Assembly (NCBI GenBank): GCA_046597055.1
Contig: JBKJLC010000196.1
Location: 1-64,000, forward strand
DNA length: 64,000 bases
Source of the DNA: Kofleriaceae bacterium
GTDB taxonomy: Bacteria > Myxococcota_A > Polyangia > Haliangiales > Haliangiaceae
Direction of reading: 5' to 3'
Shown here piece by piece: positions 36,136-46,252 of this stretch (positions are counted from its first letter, which is position 1; each line of letters opens with the position of its first letter). Made by a program: the position numbers and the translations under genes. A model generated the notes under the pieces. It saw nothing but the letters and a program-made list of their open reading frames with translations, made no database searches and was not told the origin of the DNA.

Positions 36136-38793
36136 ATGCTCGCGCCTCCTGTCCACATGTCGCTCCCGTCTGGTCCACGGATGTGCGTGATCGCCGCGGC
36201 GGTCCTGATCGGCCCCGCGCTGGCGCGGGCGGCCCCGCCACTCGCCCCGAGCGCGCGCGCGGTGCGCCGGACCGGGCCGGTCCGGGTCGACGGGCGGCTC
36301 GACGACGCCGCGTGGCAGGCCGCGCCGGCGCAGGGCGACTTCTGGCAGCAGGCGCCCAAGGAAGGCGTGGCGCCGACCCATCGCACCGAGTTCCGCATCC
36401 TCTATGACGACGACGCGCTCTACGTCGGGTTCCGCGCCTGGGACGTCGACCATCGTCAGATCCGTCCGTTGCTGCACCGCCGCGATCAGGCGTCCGACGC
36501 CGACTGGGTGGGCATCATGCTCGACTCGTATCACGACCGCCGCACCGCCTTTGCCTTCGGCATCAACGCGGCCGGCGTGCAGCGCGACGTGCTCCTGTAC
36601 GACGACGTCGCCGAGGATCAGAGCTGGGACGCGGTGTGGACCGGCGCCAGCGCGATCGACGCCGACGGCTGGACCGCCGAGCTCCGGATCCCGCTCGGCC
36701 AGCTGCGCTACGCCTCCGACGGCGCGCAGGTGTGGGGCATCCAGGCGATGCGGCTGGTCGGTCGCGACGGCGAGCAGAGCCTGTGGTCGCCGTCGCCGCG
36801 CGAGCGCCGCGGCTTCGTGTCGAACTTCGGCCAGCTCGAGGGCCTGGTCGGGCTGCAGGCCCGGCGCCGGCTCGAGATCTTGCCCTACGCGAGCGCTGGC
36901 CTGAGCGCGGCCGCCGACGCCGACGTCGACCCGCTGCGCGATCCGCTCGATCCCCGCGCCAGCGCCGGCCTCGATGTCCGGGTCGGCCTCAGCTCGGCGA
37001 TGACCCTGTCGGCGACGATCAACCCCGACTTCGGCCAGGTCGAGGCCGATCCGTCGCAGGTCAACCTGACCGCGAACGAGACCTTCTTCGCCGAGCAGCG
37101 GCCGTTCTTCGTCGAGGGCACCGAGATCCTGCGGTTCGGGATCGGCCAGGGCGACGGCAACGGCGCGTCGGACACGCTGTTCTACACCCGCCGCATCGGC
37201 GCGGCGCCGCACCGCGAGCTCGACGGCGACTTCGTCGACAGCCCGGCCGGCACCACGATCTACGGTGCCGCCAAGGTCAGCGGCAAGACCGCCAGCGGCT
37301 GGTCGCTGGGCCTGCTCGAGACGGTGACCGCCGAGGAGCAGGGCACCGCGATCGACGGCGCTGGCCGGCGCACCACCGCGGTGGTCGAGCCGATGACCAA
37401 CTACGCGCTGGGTCGGGTCAAGAAGGACCTGCGCGAGGGCAAGACCACGCTCGGTGCGGCGGTGACCCACGTCGCCCGCCGCCTCGACGCCACCGGCCTC
37501 GAGGACGAGCTGCACGACCACGCGATCACCAGCGGCGCCGAGCTCGACCACAAGTTCGGCAAGGACGACCGCTGGTTCCTGTCGACCCGCCTCGCCGGCA
37601 GCTGGGTCCACGGCTCACCGGACGCGATCCTCGCGACCCAGACCCAGTTCCGCCATCTCTACCAGCGGCCCGATGCCGAGCACGTCGAGGTCGACCCGAC
37701 CCGGACCAGCCTCGCCGGCGTCGCCGCGGTGTGGAGCCTCGGCAGCCAGGGCAAGCACTGGAGCTACGCGGTCGGCGGCGACGGTCGCACGCCCGGGTTC
37801 GAGGCCAACGACCTCGGCTACCACGGCGGCGTCGACTCCTACGTGCAGTGGGGCTGGGCCCAGTACCGCCAGCCCGACGCCGGCGTCCACTTCCTGTCGT
37901 GGGCGGTCAACACCAACGTGTGGGGCTCCGCGACCACGGGCGGCGAGCTGCTGGGCAGCGGCGGCAGCGTCGACGTGAGCGGGCAGCTCCTCAACTTCTG
38001 GAACGCCCGCGTCGGCGTCGCGCTCGAGAACCTGGCGCTCGATCCCGGCGCGCTGCGCGGCGGACCGGCGCTGCGGGTCGATCCGTTCGTCAACGGCTGG
38101 GTCGGGATCTCGAGCGACGGCCGCAAGGCGGTGTCGGTGCAGGCCAACGCCGGCATGGCGCGCACGCCCGCCGACGACTCGTTCCGCGGCAACGTGTCGG
38201 GCACGGTCACGGTCCAGGCCCGCTCCAACCTCGAGCTGGCGCTGGGCCCCAGCTACGCGGTCGGCTCGAACGGCACCCAGTACGTCGACGAGGTCGCCGA
38301 CCTCGACGGCATGGCCCACCACGTCTTCGCGCGCATCCGCCAGAAGACGCTGGCGCTGACCGTGCGTGGGGCCTGGACGTTCACGCCCGATCTCAGCTTG
38401 CAGGTGTACGCCCAGCCGTTCATCGCCGCCGGCGCCTACGAGGACCTCAAGCAGGCGAGCGACACCCACGCCGCGTCGTACCAGGACCGCTTCGCCGAGT
38501 ACGGATCCGAGCTGAGCCGCGACGGCGACACCTACCACGTCGATCAGGACGGCGACCGCGCCCCCGACTACTCGTTCGGCGTGCCCGACTTCAACCTCCA
38601 CGAGCTGCGCTCGACCGTGGTCCTGCGCTGGCAGTACCGGCCGGGCTCGACCGTGTTCTTCATCTGGAGCCACGGCCGCGGCGCCCAGCTCGACGACGGC
38701 CACCTCGAGCTCGGCCGCGACCTGCGCGGCCTGGCCGACGCCCCCGGCGCGCACGCGGTGATGGTGAAGGCCAACTTCTGGCTGGGCTTGTAA
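36136..38793 (+). CDS. CBM9-like domain plus DUF5916 outer-membrane protein
   Basis: VDGRLDDAAW, YDDDALYV, WDAVW, GWTAELRIP, NPDFGQVEADP, FFAEQRPFFVEG, LFYTRRIG; start uncertain. Confidence 0.85.
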   Translation: MLAPPVHMSLPSGPRMCVIAAAVLIGPALARAAPPLAPSARAVRRTGPVRVDGRLDDAAWQAAPAQGDFWQQAPKEGVAPTHRTEFRILYDDDALYVGFRAWDVDHRQIRPLLHRRDQASDADWVGIMLDSYHDRRTAFAFGINAAGVQRDVLLYDDVAEDQSWDAVWTGASAIDADGWTAELRIPLGQLRYASDGAQVWGIQAMRLVGRDGEQSLWSPSPRERRGFVSNFGQLEGLVGLQARRRLEILPYASAGLSAAADADVDPLRDPLDPRASAGLDVRVGLSSAMTLSATINPDFGQVEADPSQVNLTANETFFAEQRPFFVEGTEILRFGIGQGDGNGASDTLFYTRRIGAAPHRELDGDFVDSPAGTTIYGAAKVSGKTASGWSLGLLETVTAEEQGTAIDGAGRRTTAVVEPMTNYALGRVKKDLREGKTTLGAAVTHVARRLDATGLEDELHDHAITSGAELDHKFGKDDRWFLSTRLAGSWVHGSPDAILATQTQFRHLYQRPDAEHVEVDPTRTSLAGVAAVWSLGSQGKHWSYAVGGDGRTPGFEANDLGYHGGVDSYVQWGWAQYRQPDAGVHFLSWAVNTNVWGSATTGGELLGSGGSVDVSGQLLNFWNARVGVALENLALDPGALRGGPALRVDPFVNGWVGISSDGRKAVSVQANAGMARTPADDSFRGNVSGTVTVQARSNLELALGPSYAVGSNGTQYVDEVADLDGMAHHVFARIRQKTLALTVRGAWTFTPDLSLQVYAQPFIAAGAYEDLKQASDTHAASYQDRFAEYGSELSRDGDTYHVDQDGDRAPDYSFGVPDFNLHELRSTVVLRWQYRPGSTVFFIWSHGRGAQLDDGHLELGRDLRGLADAPGAHAVMVKANFWLGL

Positions 38794-38849
38794 GGCGACG
38801 CAACCATCACCCCCGTTGACAGCGCGGGGGCCTCGGATACCTTTCCGAC

Positions 38850-39596
38850 ATGGCGCCGCGCAATGCATTCCTCGGCGTCGTGGCGGTCGTGGGCATCGTC
38901 GGGGCCGGCTGGCTCTATCGCGACAATCGCCGGCTCGAGGACGAGCTGGCGCGGGCGCGGCGCGCGGTGGCCGCGACCGACACCTGGAAGGTCGCACCGG
39001 TGGTGGCAGCGGCGACCCCGTCGTCGCGGCCGGTGATGCCGATGCGGCTGCCGCGCCTGGTCGGCGGCGCCGGCATGGACGCGCCCAAGGCCGAGGAGGC
39101 ACCCAAGGAGAGCCGGCTCGACCGCCGGCTCCGCCGCCAGCGCGAGATGGCCGACCTGCTCGGTCGCGATCCCGACGAGTCCGAGGACGACTATCGCTCG
39201 CGGATCCTGCCGTTCATGCAGCTCGCGCTCGAGAAGCCGCGCCAGACCGTCGACGAGATGCGCAAGGCGGCCGAGGCGGCGGCCAAGGTCAGCGAGACGC
39301 AGAGCAAGGAGCTCGACGCCGCGTTCGACGAGGTCTACACCGAGTTGCTCGACTACACCAACGGCGCGATCACCGACGGCCAGCTCACGCCCTACGAGCG
39401 CAACGTGAAGGGGCTGCTGCAGTACGCGGGCGGCCTGGGCGCGATCCTCGAGGGCGCCGAGGGCAAGGTCGGGAAGATCCTGTCGGCCGAGCAGGTCCGC
39501 CAGATGTCCGACGCCGGGTTCGAGTGGGGCGAGTACCTCGGGGTCCGCGCGCCGTGGGAGAACCTGCGGCCGCCGCCCCCGCGGCCCGGCGGCTGA
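38850..39596 (+). CDS. Hypothetical N-terminally anchored helical protein
   Basis: TM followed by coiled coil; strong host codon bias. Confidence 0.75.
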   Translation: MAPRNAFLGVVAVVGIVGAGWLYRDNRRLEDELARARRAVAATDTWKVAPVVAAATPSSRPVMPMRLPRLVGGAGMDAPKAEEAPKESRLDRRLRRQREMADLLGRDPDESEDDYRSRILPFMQLALEKPRQTVDEMRKAAEAAAKVSETQSKELDAAFDEVYTELLDYTNGAITDGQLTPYERNVKGLLQYAGGLGAILEGAEGKVGKILSAEQVRQMSDAGFEWGEYLGVRAPWENLRPPPPRPGG

Positions 39597-39659
39597 CCGC
39601 CCCACCAACGCATCACCCGGCCGCGAACACTGGCGCCCGCGACCGCTCGCGCGATATAA

Positions 39660-40625
<966 letters not shown>

Positions 40626-40766
40626 CCAGGACCGGGCCTTCCGGAGCCGGCACGACGCCGGCGATCGCGACCGGGTAGAACGGTGCTGACCTCCGTGGCA
40701 CACTGACGCCCCATGGCGCTCCCCCCTGACGTCCACCGCACCGCGGCGGCGCGCGACTCGGCGGCG

Positions 40767-41864
40767 ATGACCAAGGTGCTGGCGGTGCTGCTCCTGCTGG
40801 TCGCGGGCGCGCTCGTCTTCACCGTGTTCCGCCAGCGTGGCGCGCAGCCGGAGATCGTCTACGAGCCGCGGGCGGTGACCCTGCCGGCCGGCGATCTCGG
40901 CGCCGACGAAAAGGCGACCATCGCGGTGTTCGAGGCGGCCTCGCCATCGGTCGTCCACATCACCAACGTGGCGAGCCGGCGCGACGCCTACACGATGGAC
41001 GTCACCGAGATCCCGCGCGGCACCGGCTCGGGCTTCGTGTGGGACGAGCACGGCCACGTGGTCACCAACTTCCACGTGATCGAGGGCGCCACCACCACCC
41101 GGGTCACGCTGTCCGACGGCACGACCTACGAGGGTGTGATCGTGGGCTCGGCGCCCGACAACGACCTCGCGGTGGTCAAGATCGATGCGCCGCCGTCGAA
41201 GCTGCACAAGATCGCGGTCGGTGACTCGTCGTCGCTCAAGGTCGGGCAGACCGTGCTCGCGATCGGCAACCCGTTCGGCCTCGACCAGACGCTGACCACG
41301 GGCGTCATCAGCGGGCTCGGCCGCGAGATCAAGAGCGTCACCCAGCGGACGATCTACAACGTGGTGCAGACCGATGCGCCGATCAACCCGGGCAACAGCG
41401 GCGGGCCGCTGCTCGACAGCCACGGCCGGCTGATCGGCGTCAACACGGCGATCTACAGCCCGTCGGGCGCCTCGGCTGGCATCGGCTTCGCGGTCCCGGT
41501 CGACACGGTGAACCGGATCATCCCGCAGATCCTCCAGTACCGGCGGGTGGTCCGGCCCGCGCTCGGCATCAACATCGGCACCGACCAGATGGCCAAACAG
41601 CTCGGCGTCACCGGCATCGTCATCATGAAGGTCGTCAACGGCGGCCCGGCCGCGCGCGCCGGCATGGCCGGCCTGACCCAGTCGCCGCGCGGCGGCTGGA
41701 TCGTCGGCGACGTCATCACCAAGATCGACGGCACGCCGCTGACCCGGTCCGACGACCTGTTCCAGGCGCTCGACAAGCGGTCGATCGGCGACGTCGTCAA
41801 GCTCGAGGTCGTCAACGGCGGCCGGACCCGGACCGTCGAGGTCAAGCTCGAGGCTGCACCCTAG
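40767..41864 (+). CDS. HtrA/DegP-family serine protease with one PDZ domain
   Basis: GSGF, VTNFHV, DLAV, IGNPFG, INPGNSGGPL; C-terminal PDZ. Confidence 0.95.
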   Translation: MTKVLAVLLLLVAGALVFTVFRQRGAQPEIVYEPRAVTLPAGDLGADEKATIAVFEAASPSVVHITNVASRRDAYTMDVTEIPRGTGSGFVWDEHGHVVTNFHVIEGATTTRVTLSDGTTYEGVIVGSAPDNDLAVVKIDAPPSKLHKIAVGDSSSLKVGQTVLAIGNPFGLDQTLTTGVISGLGREIKSVTQRTIYNVVQTDAPINPGNSGGPLLDSHGRLIGVNTAIYSPSGASAGIGFAVPVDTVNRIIPQILQYRRVVRPALGINIGTDQMAKQLGVTGIVIMKVVNGGPAARAGMAGLTQSPRGGWIVGDVITKIDGTPLTRSDDLFQALDKRSIGDVVKLEVVNGGRTRTVEVKLEAAP

Positions 41865-42776
41865 GTGCTCCGCGATCGACGACGCGTCGTCGACGCGAAC
41901 TCGAGCGTGGTGCGCCAGCGGGCTCCGACCCGGTCCCGCGCCGCGGCCTTGCTGGCCGTCGGTCTGGCCGGGTGCGGCGGCCTCGACCGGAGCCAGACCG
42001 AGCAGCGGATCGAGGCGCAGTGCGTGGCGACGGTCGACACCCGGGCCGGCACCCGGATGCTCGACGTCGAGACCGACTACCTGCCGCGCGTGATCGCGTG
42101 CGAGAACGGCGCGGCCGCGCAGGGCGCGCTGATGGTGCAGGCGGTCGCCGCGCGCAGCTACCTGTACTACCGGCTCGCGCGCACCGGCTCGATCGGCGAC
42201 GGCACCGGCGATCAGGTCTACACCTGCGCGCGCCCGCCGACCGCGGCCCACCTGCGCGCCGCCGCCGACACCGCGGGCGTGGTGCTGCGCTACCCGCCCG
42301 ACAGCGAGGCGGTGCAGGTCGCGGCGTTCTTCGTGGCCGGCGCGCTGCCCGACCCGACCACCTGCCGCGGCGGCGGCAGCGACCCGACCAGCACCGAGCG
42401 CTACGTGACCTACAACCAGGGCCGGTCGGCCACCGAGGTGGTCCAGACCCCGCTCGGGCTGGTCAACCCGACCAACCTCGCCAACCGCGGCTGCATGTCC
42501 CAGAACGGCTCGGACTGCCTGGCCGAGCAGGGCCGCGACTACCAGGACATCCTGCGCTTCTACTACGGCGAGGACATCGCGATCGTCCGCGCCACCGGGC
42601 CGTGCGTGCCCGAACCGGTCGGGCCCGACGGCGGTGTCGACGTGGTGCCGCCGGGGGACAACCAGCTGGGCGGTGGCTGTGCGGCCGGCGGCGGCGCGGG
42701 CCTGCTCGCGCTGGTGGTGCTGGGCTCGGTGCCGTGGCGGTTGCGCCGGCGTCGCCGGCGCCGGCGTCGGCTATAG
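41865..42776 (+). CDS. SpoIID/LytB-domain protein with MYXO-CTERM-like tail
   Basis: YLPRVIACENG...QAVAARSY...DQVY; GCMSQNG...YQDILRFYY; lipobox-like LAGC; tail GGGCAAGGGAGLLALVVL...RRRRRRRR; start uncertain. Confidence 0.75.
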   Translation: MLRDRRRVVDANSSVVRQRAPTRSRAAALLAVGLAGCGGLDRSQTEQRIEAQCVATVDTRAGTRMLDVETDYLPRVIACENGAAAQGALMVQAVAARSYLYYRLARTGSIGDGTGDQVYTCARPPTAAHLRAAADTAGVVLRYPPDSEAVQVAAFFVAGALPDPTTCRGGGSDPTSTERYVTYNQGRSATEVVQTPLGLVNPTNLANRGCMSQNGSDCLAEQGRDYQDILRFYYGEDIAIVRATGPCVPEPVGPDGGVDVVPPGDNQLGGGCAAGGGAGLLALVVLGSVPWRLRRRRRRRRRL

Positions 42777-42784
42777 TTCGCACG

Positions 42785-43789
42785 ATGTCCTCGTCGCCTG
42801 CGCGTGAGTCCACCGCGCCCGACCCGGTCCCGCGCGGGTCGCGCGCCGCGCGCCTGCGGGGCGCGCTTGCGCACCGGGTCTCGAGCCTGTTCGTCCATGG
42901 CCTGTCGCGCGCCGGGCGGCTCCACCCGGCCAGCGATCCGCGCCGGCACCGAGTCGAGGTGCTCCGCGACCTCCGCTACCGCGACGGCGCCGCGCCCGAG
43001 CACGTGCTCGACGTGTACCGGCCGACCGGCCGGCCGGGCCCGCTGCCGATCGTCTTCTACGTGCACGGCGGTGCCTTCCAGATCCTGTCGAAGGACACCC
43101 ACTGGCTCATGGGCCTGGCGTTCGCGCGCCACGGCTACCTGGTGGTGAACATCTCCTACCGGCTCGCGCCGCGGCACCGGTTCCCGGCCGCCATCGAGGA
43201 CACCTGCGCGGCGTGGGGTTGGCTGCTGGCCGAGGCCGAGCGCCTCGGCGGCGATCTCGGCCGGATCGCGGTGGCCGGTGAGTCGGCCGGCGGCAACCTG
43301 GTGACCGCGCTGACGCTGGCCGCGTGCCAGCGCCGCGACGAGCCGTTCGCGCGGGCGGTGTTCGACGCCGGCGTGGTGCCGCGGGTGGCGATGCCATTCT
43401 GCGCGATCCTCGAGGTGTCGCGGCCCGAGCGGTTCGGCCGCCGGCCGCTGCCCGGCTGGATCCACGGCATGCTGCGCGGCATCTCGACGTCGTACCTGGG
43501 CCCGATCCCGCGTGGCGGCGGCCGCGATCTCGCCGACCCGCTGATCGTCCTCGAGCGCGGCCAGGCGCTCGATCGACCGCTGCCGCCGTTCTTCGCGCCG
43601 GTCGGCACCCGCGACCCGCTGCTCGACGACACGCGCCGGCTCGAAAAGGCGCTCGCCACCCTCGGTGTGCCGTGCGAAGCGCGGTATTACCCCGGCGGAA
43701 TCCATGCATTCCACGCCCTGGTCTGGCAGCAACTTGCCAAGCACTGCTGGCGCGACGCGCTGGCCTTCCTCGATCGCCACATGCGTTGA
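42785..43789 (+). CDS. Alpha/beta hydrolase (HSL family esterase)
   Basis: HGGAF, YRLAP, GESAGG, DPLLDD, HAFH. Confidence 0.9.
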   Translation: MSSSPARESTAPDPVPRGSRAARLRGALAHRVSSLFVHGLSRAGRLHPASDPRRHRVEVLRDLRYRDGAAPEHVLDVYRPTGRPGPLPIVFYVHGGAFQILSKDTHWLMGLAFARHGYLVVNISYRLAPRHRFPAAIEDTCAAWGWLLAEAERLGGDLGRIAVAGESAGGNLVTALTLAACQRRDEPFARAVFDAGVVPRVAMPFCAILEVSRPERFGRRPLPGWIHGMLRGISTSYLGPIPRGGGRDLADPLIVLERGQALDRPLPPFFAPVGTRDPLLDDTRRLEKALATLGVPCEARYYPGGIHAFHALVWQQLAKHCWRDALAFLDRHMR

Positions 43790-43833
43790 CCCGGGCGCCG
43801 AGCGTCCGGTCGCCGGACGTCCCGCGAGCGCGC

Positions 43834-45207
43834 ATGCGCGGTGACCGCCGCGGCAGCCTCGGCCTGTGGTCGGGGGTCGGCATCGTGATCGCCAACATGA
43901 TCGGGGCCGGCGTGCTGACCACGCCGGGCTTCATGGCGATGAACCTGGCGCCGTCGCACATCTTGCTGGCCTGGCTGGTCGGCGGGGTGGGGGCGCTGGC
44001 CGGCGCCCGCGCCTACGCCGCGGTCGCCCACGCCATCCCGCGCTCGGGCGGCGAGTACCGGTACCTGTCGACCCTGTGGCACCCGCTGCTCGGCTACCTG
44101 GCGGGCTGGACGTCGCTCCTGGTCGGCTTCTCGCAGCCGGTCGCGCTCGACGCCCAGCTGGTCGGCTTCTACGTCGGCACGCTCGGGATCGACGTCCCCT
44201 GGCGGGTGGTGACGGTCGCGGTGATCGCCGGGGTGACGCTGCTGCACGCGGTGAACCTGCGCGCGTCGCGCCGCGGCCAGAACGTGCTGGTGGTGATCAA
44301 GGTCGTGCTGGTGGTCGGGTTCGTCGCGGTCGGGCTGGTGGCCGGGGCCAACGCGTGGCCGACCTGGCGTCCGGCGGCGGCCGCGCACGGGCTGCCGATC
44401 GCCCCGTTCTTCCAGTCGCTGGTGTTCATCGCCTTCTGCTACAGCGGCTGGAACGCGGCGATCTACGCCAGCGAGGAGTTCGCCGACGCGCGCCGCGACG
44501 TCCCGCGCGCGATGCTGATCGGCTGCAGCGTGGTGATCGTGCTGTACCTGCTGGTGAACTGGGTGTTCGTCGCCAACCTGACCCCGGCCCACTACGGCGC
44601 GTGGATCGGCGACGATCCCGACCGGATCACGCTCGGCCACGTCGTCATGCACGACATCGTCGGCGCCACCGGCGCCAAGATCATGTCGGTGTTCATGATC
44701 ATCGCGCTCTTGTCGGCGGCCAGCGCGATGACCATGATCGGCCCCCGGGTGTACGCGGCGATGGCGCGCGACGGCTATCTGCCGCGGGTGTTCGCCGGCA
44801 CCGACGGGCGGCCGCCGGTGTGGTCGGTGGTGCTCCAGGGCGCGATCGCGGTCACGGTGGCGATGACCACCAGCTTCATCAAGGCGATCGCCACGGTCGG
44901 CACCGTGCTGACGCTGATGGCCGCGCTCACCGCGCTCGGGGTGTTCAAGCTGCAGCTCGACGCCCGCCAGACCGAGAAGCCGGGGCCGTCGGCGCTGGTC
45001 GCCGCGACCGTCTTCGTCGGGCTGGCCGGCTGGATGTTGTACTTTGCGTTCACCAGCCCGCTGCTCAACACGGTGCAGTTGCCGGTCGTCGGCAAGGTGT
45101 CGTCGCCGCTGGTGTGGCTGGTCTTCATCGCGCTGGTCACGTTGCTGTACGCGGGCTGGGTCGCGGTGCGCGGGCCCCGGCCGGCGACGCCCGGCGACGA
45201 CCGGTGA
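43834..45207 (+). CDS. APC family amino acid permease
   Basis: ANMIGAGV, PRSGGEYRY, YSGWNAA, PRVYAAMARDG; about 12 TMs. Confidence 0.92.
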   Translation: MRGDRRGSLGLWSGVGIVIANMIGAGVLTTPGFMAMNLAPSHILLAWLVGGVGALAGARAYAAVAHAIPRSGGEYRYLSTLWHPLLGYLAGWTSLLVGFSQPVALDAQLVGFYVGTLGIDVPWRVVTVAVIAGVTLLHAVNLRASRRGQNVLVVIKVVLVVGFVAVGLVAGANAWPTWRPAAAAHGLPIAPFFQSLVFIAFCYSGWNAAIYASEEFADARRDVPRAMLIGCSVVIVLYLLVNWVFVANLTPAHYGAWIGDDPDRITLGHVVMHDIVGATGAKIMSVFMIIALLSAASAMTMIGPRVYAAMARDGYLPRVFAGTDGRPPVWSVVLQGAIAVTVAMTTSFIKAIATVGTVLTLMAALTALGVFKLQLDARQTEKPGPSALVAATVFVGLAGWMLYFAFTSPLLNTVQLPVVGKVSSPLVWLVFIALVTLLYAGWVAVRGPRPATPGDDR

Positions 45208-45249
45208 ATGACGGGCGGCGAGCCGGCGCCGGCGTGGCACACTGACCGC

Positions 45250-46092
45250 GTGCGCGCCGCCGTTCTCGCGCTGATCACGGTCGGGCTGGTCAGCCGCGCG
45301 ACGCCGGGGGTCGCCGAGCCGTGGGTCGAGCCGGACCCGGCGGCGGTGGTCGGCCGCTGGACCGGGCCCGCGACCTGGCGTCAGTGTGCGGTCACCGGTG
45401 AGGCCCGACCGGTCCTGGTGGTCGCACGCGACGGCGGCGGCTATCGGGTCGACCTCGCCGCCGCGCTCGACGGGCTGGGCACCGAGCTGCTGGCGCCGGT
45501 CGGCGGCCGCGAGCTGACCGCGACCCGCCACGACCTCACCGTGAGCTGGGTGCTCGGCTCGCCCGGCCACGCGCGGGTGCGGCTCGGCTTCGCGTCGGGC
45601 TGCGAGGGGACGCTGGTCCTCGCGCGCGACACCACCGGGGCCGCGGCCTGCGACGAGCTGGTCGCGCTGCGGGCGATCGCCGGAGGCTGTCCCGCGGCGA
45701 CCGTGCCCGCGACGGAGCCGCGCGCACCGCCCGGGCGCCGGCTGCGTGGCAAGCCGCTGGCGGCGCTGGCCGCGGGCTGTCGGCGCGACGCGGCGCCCCT
45801 GCGCGCGGGCCTGATCGAGGCCGGGTGCGTGCCGGCGCCGCTCCCGGCGATCAGCGCGACCACCCGCGTGCCCGAGTGCGACGCGCTGCTGGCATCGGTC
45901 GACCGGCTGATGCGGTGCGACCGGGTCCCGGTCGCGACCAAGCAGCGCCTGCGGATCGCGATGGGGCAGGTCGACCGCTGGGCCACCGCCGATCGCGACG
46001 ACGCCGAGGCCCGCCGCACCTCGGCGGCGACCTGCCAGGAGACCCGCGACGAGCTGGTCCGCACGATGGTCGTGCTCGGCTGCAGCCCCTGA
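45250..46092 (+). CDS. Hypothetical exported protein with two Cys-rich helical repeats
   Basis: Signal-like VRAAVLALITVGL; ACDEL...CP...GC...GC and ECDAL...CD...TC...GC; alternative start ATG 45208. Confidence 0.6.
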   Translation: MRAAVLALITVGLVSRATPGVAEPWVEPDPAAVVGRWTGPATWRQCAVTGEARPVLVVARDGGGYRVDLAAALDGLGTELLAPVGGRELTATRHDLTVSWVLGSPGHARVRLGFASGCEGTLVLARDTTGAAACDELVALRAIAGGCPAATVPATEPRAPPGRRLRGKPLAALAAGCRRDAAPLRAGLIEAGCVPAPLPAISATTRVPECDALLASVDRLMRCDRVPVATKQRLRIAMGQVDRWATADRDDAEARRTSAATCQETRDELVRTMVVLGCSP

Positions 46093-46252
46093 CCTGCGGC
46101 GCGAGCGGTGCACGGGTGTCACCGCGGCGCAGCACGGGTAAGCCGGCGGCGACAAGCGAGATCGGGGGCGATCGGGCCCCGATCAACGACGGGTAGCCCA
46201 AGGACAGGGCTCGCGCGTTTGTCTATCATCGACCCTTCACGGGGAGGCTTCC

